A stretch of DNA of 64,000 nucleotides, taken from NCBI GenBank assembly GCA_964658305.1, contig OZ210885.1, positions 7,006,001 through 7,070,000 on the forward strand, given 5' to 3'. Made by a program: the position numbers and the translations under genes. Position 1 is the stretch's first letter. The number at the start of each line of letters is the position of its first letter. Of this stretch, positions 48,385 to 61,352 are shown piece by piece. A model generated the notes under the pieces. The model searched no databases and had not been told where the DNA came from. It saw nothing but the letters and a program-made list of their open reading frames with translations. Origin of the DNA: Leptogorgia sarmentosa (Eukaryota).

Positions 48385-49300
48385 CCCAATCCTTAATCTG
48401 ACCCTAACCAATCAAATCCGAACCCTTCAGGACAACCTCAACATAACCCCAACCCAATCCTTAATCTGACCCTAACCAATTTCACCCTAACCCTCAAACA
48501 CACCCTCGACATAATCCTAACCCAATCCTTAATCCCACCCTAACCCTTAAACACACCCTCAACATAACCCCAACCCAATCCTTAATCTGACCCTAACCAA
48601 TTCCACCCTAACCCTTAAACACACCCTCGACATAACCCCAATCCTTAACCTGACCCTAACCAATTCCATCCTAACCCCTAAACACACCCTCGACATAACC
48701 CCAACCCAATCCTTACTCTGACCCTAACCAATTCCACCCTAACCCTTAAACACACCCTCAACAAAAACCCCACCTAATCCTTAATCTGCCCCTAACCAAT
48801 TCCACCCTAACCCTTAAACACACCCTCGACATAACCCAAACCCAATCCTTAATCTGACCCTAACCACTTCCACCCTAACCCTCAAATACACCCTCGACAT
48901 AACCCCACCTAATCCTTAATCTGCCCCTAACCAATTCCACCCTAACCCTTAAACACACCCTCGACATAACCCCAACCCAATCCTTAATCTGACCCTAACC
49001 AATTCAACCCTAACCCCCAAACACACCCTCGACATAACCCCAACCCAATCCTTAATCTGACCCTAACCAATTCCACCCTAACCCTCAAACACACCCTCAA
49101 CATAACCCCAACCCAATCCTTATTCTGACCCTAACCAATCAAATCCGAACCCTTAAGAACACCCTCAACACAAACCCGACCCAATCCTTAATCTGGCCCC
49201 AACCAATTCCACCCTAACCCTTAAACACACCCTCAACACAACCCCAACCCAATCCTCAATCTGACCCTAACCATCAAATCCGAACCCTTAAAAACACCCT
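48385..49300 (+). repeat. 68-bp CCCTAA-rich satellite, about 14 monomers
   Basis: The anchor ccttaatctgaccctaacc (or a close variant) recurs at 48391, 48459, 48527, 48580, 48643, 48711, 48779, 48847, 48914, 48982, 49050, 49118, 49186, 49254. Confidence 0.95.
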
Positions 49301-49969
49301 GAGCACGCAGAGTCGGTCCCTCAACTGCCTTTAAGTTTTTCAGTTCCATCGTTGCAATAAACCCGACCCCAGGCCCTCCACCGCCTCAGGCAATACGTCA
49401 CTCCACACGTCATTTACATACCACGCGGCCAGCAAACACGCGCAAAAAAATTTTCTGTGCTCTAAGCTACGAAAACTGCGAAAAGCGAAGCTTCTGCCTC
49501 GAAGACACAAAAGGATCAACCTCCGTCCCAAGAGATCGAACCAAGTAGGGTCAACATGTTTCTAATTTACTTGTTATCACAATTTACTTGTTATCACAGT
49601 TAACAAACGTTATTAATTCGCCATCTATCACACCAACGCAGCGGGATGACCCAACACACAAACACCCATTCATCATCCAAATCACGATTAAAACCACCTA
49701 CCACTCGTCAACGAAAAATAAATACACTCACACACCAACCACAATGTGTTAAACCTAACACCCAATATGCGAGCACGTCGTTCCAAGACCAGCTAGCAGG
49801 TTAGAAACGTGCTTTCCCAGTTATGCTTGGGGCCTGATGAAACATAACTACGAGTTTTCAACGGAAAACCAAGGGACAGGGCCCGGTGATAATTGGCAAT
49901 CACTACGGCCCAGGCATTCACACAAAACATCACTATAAACCCGGGCTTTGCCAGTACTACACGCAATAC

Positions 49970-50049
49970 AATTCGTTTTAATATAATTCGTTTTAATATA
50001 ATTCCTTTTAATATAATTCCTTTTAATGTAATTCATTCTAATATAATTC
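49970..50049 (+). repeat. 15-bp minisatellite (ATTCGTTTTAATATA) x~5
   Basis: Read directly from the sequence. Confidence 0.85.
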
Positions 50050-51750
50050 ACTTTACTAAAACCTTCCATCCTACCATAACATTCAACCCCATCCACCATC
50101 AAACTCCATGGTGTCACCCATCAATCCACAACCTCAATGAGGACACAGCTATTTGAACCACAGTCCAGGATCCGAATACCTGCATAAAAAACACTGTATT
50201 ATTTAACAACCACCACAAAAAGTAATTTTAGCTTTTGACTTACAGAACAAGTATATGTGAGCTCTGCCTTTTTGCAAATAAGGCATGTTCTTGGATCAGG
50301 ATTATAAAAATTGAATTGCCAAGCAGCAAATGTTCTACTCACTACCTAATCGATACAAACATGCGTATTTGACGTTTCAGTTTTGGCGTGTGTTTTTCAA
50401 TTTTGGTGACGTTTCAATGAATTTTAAATTTTGACATGCGTTTGGCAAGAAAATGGAAAAGTCCGAACACACGTTTATCTCTTATTGAAACTATTGATAT
50501 TTTTTTTCTTATTTAAGACGAGAATTTTCTGTATGTCACGTATCTCGCGGTCAAAACTCAAATTCGTCGAAATATAAATTTCAAAATTTGAGGATTCTCA
50601 GTCGGCAGACTCACTTAAAAAGTTTGATGCATTCATAATTAATGATATAAAGCGAAATTAGAAAGATTTTGGAAGGTACGCCAAAGAGAAAACTACGTTT
50701 GGAATCTTGCATTTATTGCTGAAATCAATAAGGCTTCATTCATGTTGCGCTGGTTTACGACCATTGATGTTCATAATTTTTGTTCCTTTTAGTTTCTCAA
50801 TACCCAGACATAGTTTCGAAGATAGCAAACAGTTTTGTCGATATAATAATCATAGAATAATTTGATTTTGAGAGGAACGCCAAAAAGATTTCGGGTTTTG
50901 AACACATTTCGTCGAAAATATGCGACGTGCAAAAAATTATCCTCTTAACGCGAAACACTACAAAATTTGATCAATATCTAATGTCACAACATATCGATAG
51001 GTTTCGTATTTTGTCTCACTGCTTATATAGTATAACTATATGCCCTGAATAAATGAAATGAAATGCAATATCGTATGTCACAACATATATATATTTTGCA
51101 TGGTCTCATTGGTTATATAGCAGCATTACATATATTATATACATTCAAATTAAATCAAATGCTTAAATATTTACGGATGCAATCAATAACTAAGCCTAAA
51201 TTATCTCTAGTATCTAAGAACTCAATAGTTCATTCAATGTTTTCATTGAGCACCTATGTAGTCAAAATTTCAAATTGAGTAAAACTAAAATCTTTATAGT
51301 TATATTTTTTTCAAAGCAAAATCTACTGAAAGTTCATCAGAGAATTTGCGTTACAATTACAATTTTCTCCGCCCGGAGTAGTCATTGTTGTGTTTGTCAA
51401 CTAATATTTAATTCAAAATTTCAAATCGTAAAGGTACGACAAGTTGTGAAGCATTTGATAATCAACCTTTGATATATATGGATTAAATGTCGGCACAATT
51501 TTACTGGTAATCACTTATGCATAATTATGTAGCTACGATTTTACGCATGAAACTTGCGAATCAATTCGCTGGCGGAGATATGCAGACTGTCTGAATTGTA
51601 TCTAGCTAATGTTCTTATCGTCTGCAGTGCAAATGAGGAATTACGTACTGGAGAAATGTCTCGTCCAGGATAAGCAAATATCGCCATATACAAATTCAGT
51701 TGGTAATCCATTCAAAGACTTGGTTTTCCAGTTTCGCGTGCAAGAAATGT

Positions 51751-52671
51751 TTAATGTTCCGGTGATCTCCGTCTCTTCCTGCTGGAAGATCTCCAAAACC
51801 TGAACAATTTTTTGTCCAACGTTCCATAAATGAGAGGATTGACTGAATGCCATCCAGCAATGCTCAAAATGTTTCGACAATAAATAATCCAAGAATATTT
51901 CATCAGCAAACGATATCCTCCAGAGATATTCATAATCAGATACAGAACACCAGGAACATGTCCTACTGCATAACAAAGAACTGTGAGGAGACAAACAAAG
52001 AAAGTTTTTCGATTTCGAAAATATGTCAGAATATTGAAAGAAGAACTAGGTGTCCTCCGTCTCACAGGATTTGAAGAAACACTTTTTATGTACTTGTTTT
52101 GTTTCATCAGTGCTCGACCAATTTTCAAGTACGCCACGGCCATAAATAGGACTGGGATGAAAAAAACGACTATTAAAAATCCAATGTCAACATAACGGTG
52201 ATAAACAATTGTGTAATCGTTCGAAGGCAGCAAACATGACGGTAGACTCGGTACATAACCCGCAATGAAACCAACAATGTACACCACAGCACAAACAACT
52301 TTCAATCTTCGTCGACTGACGGCAGGTTTCAAGGGATGCACCGTTGCACGATAACGAAGAACTGAAATGAACAACATCATACCTATTCCTGAGGGTTGAA
52401 AGAAATATATTGCATAAAGAGCAATGCAATAGAATTTGGTGAAATGGAAAACTGATTCTTCGAGGAACCTGAAGTTGATGACATCTAAAAGGTAGATGAT
52501 GAGTGCTCCTAGATCATAGATGGCAAGATGTAAAACAAGGAAGTAGTAGTTGTTCTTCAACATATTCTTTTGTCTCAGTAAGGAGATGATAACCAAGAGA
52601 TTACCGAAAATCCCAAATACAATTACTACAAGATAAGAATATCTGTAAGGATGATATCCTGTGTCTCTCAT
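51751..52671 (-). CDS. Intronless orphan class A GPCR, tandem paralog, 306 aa from the ATG at 52671
   Basis: MRDTGYHPYRYSY aligns with MSDTEYDAYRYSY of the 45727 copy; same GN, LAxxD, LRY, NPLIY motifs. The longer ORF-track start is a non-ATG codon. Confidence 0.93.
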   Translation of the reverse strand: MRDTGYHPYRYSYLVVIVFGIFGNLLVIISLLRQKNMLKNNYYFLVLHLAIYDLGALIIYLLDVINFRFLEESVFHFTKFYCIALYAIYFFQPSGIGMMLFISVLRYRATVHPLKPAVSRRRLKVVCAVVYIVGFIAGYVPSLPSCLLPSNDYTIVYHRYVDIGFLIVVFFIPVLFMAVAYLKIGRALMKQNKYIKSVSSNPVRRRTPSSSFNILTYFRNRKTFFVCLLTVLCYAVGHVPGVLYLIMNISGGYRLLMKYSWIIYCRNILSIAGWHSVNPLIYGTLDKKLFRFWRSSSRKRRRSPEH

Positions 52672-53372
52672 CGTGCACTCGAGTAGAAATTTCAAATATA
52701 GTTTCGTTAGTTCCTGAATGCAATCAATCAATGATCAAGCTTACAAAGCTTGTAACTGGTTTGTGCAGTTACTTCGAGAAACGCGTTAAAATGACAAATA
52801 AATTAGTTTTACTGCGAGATTAAAAAGAAACCAGATGCATTCCACCAATAAGAAACCGACAAATAAGGACACTGTTGACAGTTCCCATGGTGTATTGGAG
52901 CTTTATTTGATCAGAGGCAAAGCAAATTTTTGCACGGAAAAGAGGATTTCAGCATTTAAAAATTGCTGGGTTTTCTTTTGGATATAACTACATCATTCAT
53001 TGTTTGTTGAAAACACCGGGTGAATTTCGTTACAGTAACTGAAAAACTATTGATTATCACTTCAATACGTGTTTTCATTAAATGATATGACGCGCGCATC
53101 TCTTCCAAAATCAACAAATCATACATAATTATTAAATCGAAGAGTTTGCAATAATAAATATAAATCGAGGAAGAGTTGTTCACAGAACCAAAATGATATT
53201 ATATTCTATTCATAAAGAACTGTACATTAATTTTTATCTACTTTCTTGTAATTCAAAGCGTCTCTGAATGTTTCTTGATTTGAACGAAATTATTCATGCA
53301 CTGTTGTGAAAAACAGCCTTAATCCGAAGAGATGACAGATCTGTTTTATTCTTGAATGATATGGCAAATACT

Positions 53373-53473
53373 AAACAATTATTGAATGAGGTCGAGTAGG
53401 ATATGAGGAATTATTAAGGCCAAGACCTTAATAATTCAGCATATCCTACGAGAACCGAATTCAATAATTGTTT
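53373..53473. repeat. Fold-back hairpin with GA/GA mismatches
   Basis: aaacaattattgaat-ga-ggtc-ga-gtaggatatg...catatcctac-ga-gaacc-ga-attcaataattgttt. Confidence 0.8.
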
Positions 53474-54298
53474 TATTATTTATTTGTATCTTAATCGGAC
53501 TTAGGGTAAACGCATTGTACACAAGAACTTTCTTTGAGAAAGCCATTTGTATTTTTCAGCTTTTAGCATAAGCAGCATAAATTAGTCGACGTCCTAATGT
53601 CGTATAGTTTTCAATATACGACATAATTACGTCATAATGTCGTATACGAGGATTTATTGCACTGCTCTTGACCAATCAAAACTCTTGAATTATTTGAAAT
53701 AAATAATAATACACATTATAAGTAACACTGTATGCAAATCAACGAGCATATGTATCACGTTATTTTATTTATATTACATTGCTTTTCAAAATTCCCTATT
53801 CTGATTGATTCACAGGCGTTCCGTAAAAAGCCATAGTCCTGATCCATACTAATACTAGATCGAACATCCTATTGTGTTCAGCGACTCAATTCTGAAGCCG
53901 GAATATTTTTAATGGGATTCGGTTTATAAATGTGTCAAATTTTCGACTAGGCTAAAGCGCTTTCTTTTTAAATTAGGTAGGCTATAAGCAAACACATTTT
54001 CCGGTGTAACTTGTGAAATACAGCTCCAAATATTTCATATTATATAATACCTCATTACATTCAGGTCGTTTGATTGGTTAATTACGGTCACGTGATATTG
54101 AATAAAAAGTTCCATTTCCCAAGAGTGCAACAGTACGAATACTATTGCACTCTGGAGAGTGCAATAGTATTCGTACTATTGCACTCTGTGTTTTGAGTAA
54201 CTCCCATCCTTCAAAACGCTCTTCAGACAGTGATCGCAGTTTATTTACCCCCAAAATGGCGGAAGCTTGCAATAAACCTTTTGTTATTTTGGTATTAT

Positions 54299-54478
54299 AT
54301 AAAACAAATAATGAATGTTTTTATTCGTGCAATGGTAAGAATATTTTCATTCGGTGAAAGATGGAATGTTCCATTCAACTCGGCTATCGCCTCGTTGAAT
54401 AGTCAGAATAGAACATTCCATCTTTCACCTCATGAAAATATTCTTACCATTGCCCTCATGAACATTCATTATTTGTAT
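54299..54478. repeat. Fold-back hairpin with three TC/TC mismatches
   Basis: ttttcat-tc-ggtgaaagatggaatgtt...ttcaac-tc-ggc-tatc-gcc-tc-gttgaa...aacattccatctttcacc-tc-atgaaaa. Confidence 0.85.
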
Positions 54479-54952
54479 ACTATTAGCCTTAGCACGTTTT
54501 AAACACCACGTAATGAGGCATGGCAGGTATATTGGAAGGCCCCAATTACTTATTCATTGGCAAATAAATAATAAACTAGGAAATTTATATATTTAGCAAA
54601 TTTATATTGTTTACACTGAACTATTTCTCTCGCGAGCAGACACTTAAAAATTATTTACCGATGCCGAGGTGATTATCGGTTAATATTATACCTCAAATTC
54701 AAATTGTCCAATGAAAAAACAGCATTTGTACCACGTGATAGTGTGATTTTTCAATCCAGCGTGGGATACTATAATATCCTACGGCAGATCCACCGTGGGA
54801 TATTATAGCATCCCACGCTCACGCGTGACGCGTGGGCAACACGCGCTTAGCATAGCTATGGAAAATGGCGGGAGAGCAAGACTCGACGAAGAAATAGACT
54901 TCTTCAAAACAAAGATGCAAAAATGTTTCGTTCGGTATAATCAGCTAATTTC

Positions 54953-55059
54953 GCTCAGGGGATTCGGCGATATTTCCCTCAGTGATGATATTTTCCTCGG
55001 GGCAGAGCCCCTCGGAAAATATCATCACTTCGGGAAATATTACGCCGAATCCCCCTCGC
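54953..55059. repeat. Fold-back hairpin with three TC/TC mismatches
   Basis: tttccc-tc-agtgatgatattttcc-tc-ggggc-aga-gcccc-tc-ggaaaatatcatcact-tc-gggaaa. Confidence 0.85.
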
Positions 55060-55166
55060 TCCAGGTCTATAAATGATAATTGTTATATAGCTATTACAAA
55101 ATGGTAGTTGTGATTGGCTAATTTGCGGTCACATGTGCTGATTAAATGCAATGTTTCCAGCGCGGG

Positions 55167-55698
55167 CATTGAACTAAAAATACCTGGAGTGATAACTCCT
55201 ATGATTTGTCCTATGATTGGCTGAAGCCGGCGCGCAAGAAAATTAACATTCGAAGGACTGAGGAGAGTTTGAAGGAGCGAGAATATTTTTACCCGGCTTG
55301 TTTTTTAGCAAAATGTGGCAAGAAATACACGGTTTTTAGCAGAAAAACATCAATGTTTTGGAATTATACCAGGTTCCCCGTTTAGTTCCAACTGTTTTAC
55401 GTCCATCTGCCGCAAAAGTGAAGATTTTTATTTTTATATTTCAAAAAATGACAAATGTTTTGATGTATCAAAAAAACTTTGCTGTTCAAGCGACAAAAAT
55501 ATATATTATGAATTATTATTTTGCAATAAACGCCAGGTATCCCTCTTGATTTTAAATGTTTTATAAGCCGGGTGAAAAAATTCTCGCTCCTTCGAACTCT
55601 CCCCAGTCCTTTTGATTGTTAATTTTCTTGCGCGCCGGCTTCAGCCAATCATAGAACAAATCATAGGAGTTATCATTCCAGGTATTTTTAGTTTAATG
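55167..55698. mobile_element. Non-autonomous TIR element with ~133-bp inverted ends (CA...TG)
   Basis: 55167-55299 and 55565-55698 are reverse complements. Confidence 0.8.
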
Positions 55699-56436
55699 GT
55701 TTATGATCATGAAATGTGAATGAAAATGATCGAAAATTGTAATTTCTCGCTCTTCTTTCTAGCTCCTGAGTTTTAACTTGTCAAACAATTTCTTAATCAT
55801 TTATACTTGTCAAAAAGTTTAACCAATTTTTTTTAGTCTTGTGTAATTGAGTTATTCTTCAGTATTTTCTCAAAATCGATAAGAAAGGAATAGAAACAAT
55901 TTTCGGCAGCCATGCTGAGAAATGCCTTCTAGTGAATAATGCCTCAGATTTACTTGACAGAGTCAGACAGCCAATCAAAATGCTTGAAAATGGGGAGTTA
56001 TTACTACTGTTGAGTCAAACACCAAAACAAGTAGGAGACAACCTTAAGAGTTCGTATATATTTATAGCTACTAAAATATTTCCATTTCCCTTGAGAACTC
56101 TCAAGAATTCAATTCTAAAGCATTACAATTTCTAAAAAAAATTAAAAATACAAAGATAAATTAGCCTTGATTTCTAAAAGGATAAAATATATCACATATA
56201 CACAACTCAGATTAGTAATTATGATTAAATTTGTTTCCCTCCGGCTTATTTTTAAAGTTCAAGTGTCCAAGGTCTGTAGTCGATTGATCCATTCTTTTGC
56301 TTCTTCTTCGGATGACGCGTACAGGCTGTATGAACGCTTGTCTGTTCGAAGCTGTAATGAACGAAATTATCGTAAATTAAAATCATATTTTATTCAGACA
56401 GAGGGTTGTCCTCAGCGCATGCGCACCACTGATATA

Positions 56437-56823
56437 CAGGGTGTCCCAAAAAAGGGTTATATTTCCATGTTACGCATTCACGAAAACGGTTAGGGTTAGA
56501 TAGGGATAGGGTTAGGCATTAGCCTTGAAGTTAATGTTATAGTGAGGGGGATAGGATGTGATAGAAATGAATTAGTGTGCGTAACATAGAAATATAACCA
56601 AAAAAGTGACCTCAATAGAAATCACTCTTTTGTTGTTAATCTCGGGTTATTGCACCTCTGGAAATTCAAATTAGCTTCTGACGTACAGCAACAAAAGCGC
56701 GTGCTGTTATAAATACTTCTGTCGTTCATGAGCCATTCAATTATATTCTTAAAGGCATAACAACGCACGTTTGACAACAAAAGAGCTGATTTCTATAGAG
56801 GACACTTTTTTTGGGACAACCTG
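56437..56823. mobile_element. Tc1/mariner-type MITE with a nested Merlin-like MITE (56455-56599)
   Basis: Outer element TA-cagggtgtcccaaaaaa...ttttttgggacaacctg-TA. Inner element ggttatatttc...gaaatataacc, flanked by (c/a)aaaaaag and containing ggttag repeats. Confidence 0.8.
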
Positions 56824-59800
56824 TATACCAAGACAGGATAGTGCATCTGCTATGAATAAATGAAGCCACTGGCGGCCATATTGGATGGCCCCACTCAAAT
56901 CTATTTTGATGTTTCCATACGTTTTTAGTTGCTAGTGTTAATGGAAAAACATTTTCCAGATAATTGCTTATCAGTAGTTGGTCTTATTTCTTGCTAATTT
57001 TGCCAATGAACAAATAATTGAGGCCATCTAATATGGCTGCCAAAAGCCTCATTATGTGGTGTTTAAAACCTTCTAACGCCAATATTATGAAATATTTGGA
57101 GCTGTATTTCACAAGTTACATCGGAAAATTATAGCCTACCTAATTTAAAAAGCAAGCGCTTTAGCCTAGTCCAAAATTTGATACATTTATAAACCGAATC
57201 TCAATAAAAATATTCCGGCTTCAAAATCGAGTCTAAACACAATAGGATGTGCGATCCAGCATAAGTATAATAGATCAGTGATGCGGACAAAGTTGATTGT
57301 AGATTGTAGCTATCAAGACTGTAAACTAGATGGTCTCAGCTTTTCTACGATGATTTACAAAATTAAAACACGGAAACCAAAAAAACAAAATACAAACAAA
57401 ATTTTTCATTTACTCGAAATTGCGTTTCACTTCCACGGATATTTCTCAAACTTTATACAAACACAGAAAATGTTTTCTATTTCTTATGCATGTACTATAC
57501 ACTATTTATTTTTAAATATACTGGCATGAAAAATACTTACATCAAAATAAACTTGTTTCTCACTGGAAGCTACAAGGAAAATATGATGGGTGAATCACAT
57601 GAAGTGCAAAATACATTGGAATTAATGGCCAGTAAATTACGCTAACTTTACTCTACGAATATTCTTAACAATGGACCTTTAACTTTATAACTAAAATTTG
57701 AAAAACTTAGGGAAAATCCATTGCCACAGCTTGAAAGAGCATCTTACATTTAGTATTAAATGGCGTAACGTTTTTCCGTGCGTAATACTAAAATATACAA
57801 AAATTGCCAACTTCGCAAGATCAAAGTTTTCTTTACATTACAACATTTTACAACCAAAACTTTGCAATTCTATTAATTCCAGGATGCTCTTTCAAGCTGT
57901 TATAATATCATTTCTTATTCCAAATTGTTTTAAAATTTGGCCTATAAGGTTAAAGGTCAATTAGAGGTTATAGCTGATTGGGAGAAATCTCGAACGCGAG
58001 CAATATTCCTCGAAATATTCACCAGGAAATGCATCATGCATTGAATGAGTCATGTTTTCAAGCCTAGATTGAAGGGCATTTCACTCCAAAAATCCCGTAC
58101 ACTTTGCCAAGAATTGCGCTAGAAATCCGGAAAAATCCAGGGATTAAAAAAATCCATAAAAATGCCGACAAAATCCATAGGAAATCTACAAATCCATAAA
58201 CTTTGGATCGAGTTTATTCTGCAAAACAATCCGGGAGAATCCGCGAAAGTCCGCATCCGGATTTTTAAAAACCCGAAAATGCGGTACGCTTTTTTTAAAT
58301 GTGAAATGCCCTTCCCCCCGTCCCGGGCTAGATCTTTAAATTTCGTTCGTGACCAAGTAATATCAAAAGTTGTAGGTAACATGAAAATAATATGGATGAT
58401 TGACGTGGGAGAATATGCCCGCTAGGCTGGCTGATTTCAGATAGTTTGGAAACTTATTAGAATAACAATACAACTCATTATCGATATTGATGAATTTTAT
58501 GTGAAAATATGGTCACTTCATCATCACGTGGGTATTGTATTTTTGTCAAATCCTCCAATAGAAAAGCATGCTCAAATTACTCAAAACTGCTATTGGCTAG
58601 ATGGGGGAAAATACAGTAAACACGTGACAATGAAGAATCTTATTTCTGCATAAATATGACTTCTGGCAAAATATTTTAATACTGAAAAAACACATGTAGA
58701 CGTAAAATTAATGAATTTAAAAGCTCTTTTGAGTAAAACAAAAACGTTGAAAAATTCATTCAAAATTGTCCAGAATTGTTGCAAGGATTTCACACTTCTA
58801 ACCATGATTTATGACAAAGAAATGCTTTTGAAAACAAACCACCATACGTACCAGTTTGTTGTGTGAGTTCACACGATATTATTTCTGATAAATTGACTAC
58901 ACCCTGGCAGTGAATATCCCCTTCAGCGTCGTAATATCGTAGCTAGAAAATGAGCAAAATTGAAATATTAGACGCTTGTTACACGATGCCAGATAGACTT
59001 TTGGGTACATTGAAATATTAGACCTACAATCATAGAATGTCCGAGACAAATATTGCAGAAATACCAACATTTTTTGAAAAATGTTCATATATTCTTCACA
59101 TATTTCTGGACCCCCTCCCATCAAAACAATTTTGATGAATTCTTGAGTAATTTTGACGACAAAATAGGCCTTTGACGTTTTTACGTCACACGGGGTTTTC
59201 CATGCATGTAAATACAGTTCAATTTATTCCCACATGTTTCCCACATTGCATTGCGATTCATTGTTTTGACACTGGCGTGACGTATCCACTTCAAAGGTCC
59301 ATTACGATAACAATTGCAACAACATTGCAACAGGGGAGCAGGAAATACGCATGTTAATTATATAGTAGACAGTGACATACTGAAAAATACATAGCGAGAT
59401 ATTTTCCATCGATCATGTGATCATTTCTCGCCAAAATTTTTTTTCAAAATGGCGACCCTTGTTTAAGAGACTTGCAGATAAATAAGCTAAATAGAGGAAA
59501 TACACATCGGTCGCCATGTTGGTTTCACCGCGCTAGAGGCTGGGAATGACAACTTCAGCTACACTGCATGCATGGCCGCATATTCATGTTTACTTAGTTA
59601 TACAAGCATACCTGATGTCTTTCCGTATCCAATACGAAGTATCTAGGCTTCCACTGTTTGAAGAGGGCACCTTTCTTCCAAAGATAACCACACAGGAACT
59701 TGGATGATTTGTTAATACTTGATGGCTGAAAAAAAAATACTCAATCTCGAATGTTCATGATGTCCTGATGTACCCAGGTGCAAAATGTTATTGTGATGTT

Positions 59801-60816
59801 ACTCTGAGTATATATCCACACCAGGCAGGCGGAAAAGTTAGCCTGGCCTCGGTGGAAATCGAACCCACGATTTCGAATGTCGCTTCTCCGTGCGAAATAC
59901 AAAAAGTACAAAAGACTGTAAGACAAAGTTTACGATATTTGCAACAAAACTTCACAACTTTACAAAATTTGTATGATGCTGTTTCCAACTGTGCTGACGA
60001 AATTTCGTAATTGAAAAGATTGTCTGAAAGGGAAAGGTCCATTCTATTTCAGGAACACTGACACTGCAGCGAAGAATGAAAAGTAGTCTGCCCGCTTCTT
60101 ACAAATAGACAATTTAAGCCAGCGAAAAAGAACGAAATCTATCTCCACAGCTTAAAACAGCATCTCGTAAAAAATCTTAAAATTTCCTAGCGGAAATGTT
60201 TCGAAATGCGCAAAATACAATTCGTGTGATATTTGTGAATTCTTAGTATTTTTGTAAAACGCACGAAAAAATAACAACTTCTAAAGCTGAAAGTGGTGCA
60301 AACTTTACCACATAATACAAAAGCGTACAAAAAACAGGGCTATATATTTTCCCATTCGCACCATATCCCAATAAAACTTTGTACTAATTATAACAAATCT
60401 GGAGTATTCTTCCTGGCTGATAAAAAAAATATCGTCTACAGCCCGAAACGTTTTCGCCAATTAATCGAACTATTTGAGCAAAAAACCCGGCAATGAAATC
60501 TATTTACTTCAGAATTTCATATAAATCTTACCTCTTGTAAACTCTTGTTACTTGTAGATGGCACATTGTCGTTTTGCTCTTTTAGATTTCGATAGTGACG
60601 ACACGTTTGGGGAACACGCGACAGACATTTCTCATGGCAGTTAAACCCACATTCTTTGCATTTAAAACCTGGAAATGTGAATGATGTGTTATTTTAGGAG
60701 GTAGTGAAGGGCGAATTGAAAATAGCAAATCTAAGTTCTTTAAGTAGAATCATACTAGTATAGTATTGAAAATGCTGCAATTGGATTGACTACCCTACAT
60801 GATAGATTTCTATTTA

Positions 60817-60897
60817 ACAATTAGTCGCCGAAGGCGAGGTGATTACAAGCCTGTGAATATAGGCTGTAATCACCGAGCCTGAGGCGACTAATTGTTT
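60817..60897. repeat. Fold-back hairpin with two GA/GA mismatches
   Basis: aacaattagtcgcc-ga-aggc-ga-ggtgattaca...tgtaatcacc-ga-gcct-ga-ggcgactaattgtt. Confidence 0.85.
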
Positions 60898-61352
60898 TAG
60901 TATAAATTTCCAGGTCAAACTGATTTGATTCAAACTGTCTTTTAAGTAGAAATTCAAGTTTTGTTTACTTTGCTTATAGTTTGTTTACATAAAATAATTC
61001 ACGCTCATATCACCACTTTGCTAGTGAAAAAAGCTAGTTTTGTTGCATAAAAAAAAAACACTAAATATAATATTTTACTTTGAAAGATTTTTAAACAATA
61101 TTTTGTCGCTTGTTTGGTTTTCTTGGGGATGCTTTCTTGTTTAATTTTGTCAATTTCCTCCTGCGAAATTCAGCAAACCGAGCGGTCATTTTGAATTTTA
61201 ATTATGAAAATTGTTATAGTCACCTCCTAGGAGGTGACTATAACAAGAGAGAAATCAATTCTTGTCCAATCAAATTGCAGGAAATGTTATAGTCACCTCA
61301 AGATTTATACTAATTGAATATAGATAACGAGTAGCAAAACATGTGAATTTTC

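Larger units (their letters stand above)
53841..57278. mobile_element. Probable 3.4-kb TIR element with ~200-bp inverted ends and multiple nested insertions
   Basis: 53841-54039 is the reverse complement of 57085-57278; a related fragment lies at 30656-30739; no TSD found. Confidence 0.55.

Noticed and set aside
48320..49300. True telomere or chromosome end
   Set aside because: No pure (CCCTAA)n tract, and genes continue on both sides.
49834..49868. CTGATGA...GAAA as a canonical hammerhead
   Set aside because: Stem II cannot close between the two core motifs.
45686..52429. Alternative-frame and antisense ORFs over the GPCR genes
   Set aside because: Shadow ORFs of the real coding sequences with no independent features.
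52672..52731. 20-aa N-terminal extension of the second GPCR
   Set aside because: It starts at a non-ATG codon, and the paralog begins at the position equivalent to ATG 52671.
59994..60025. CTGACGA-AATT-TCGT-AATT-GAAA hammerhead-like string
   Set aside because: No stem III/UH cleavage site or stem I, and it lies inside a DNA MITE family; likely chance.
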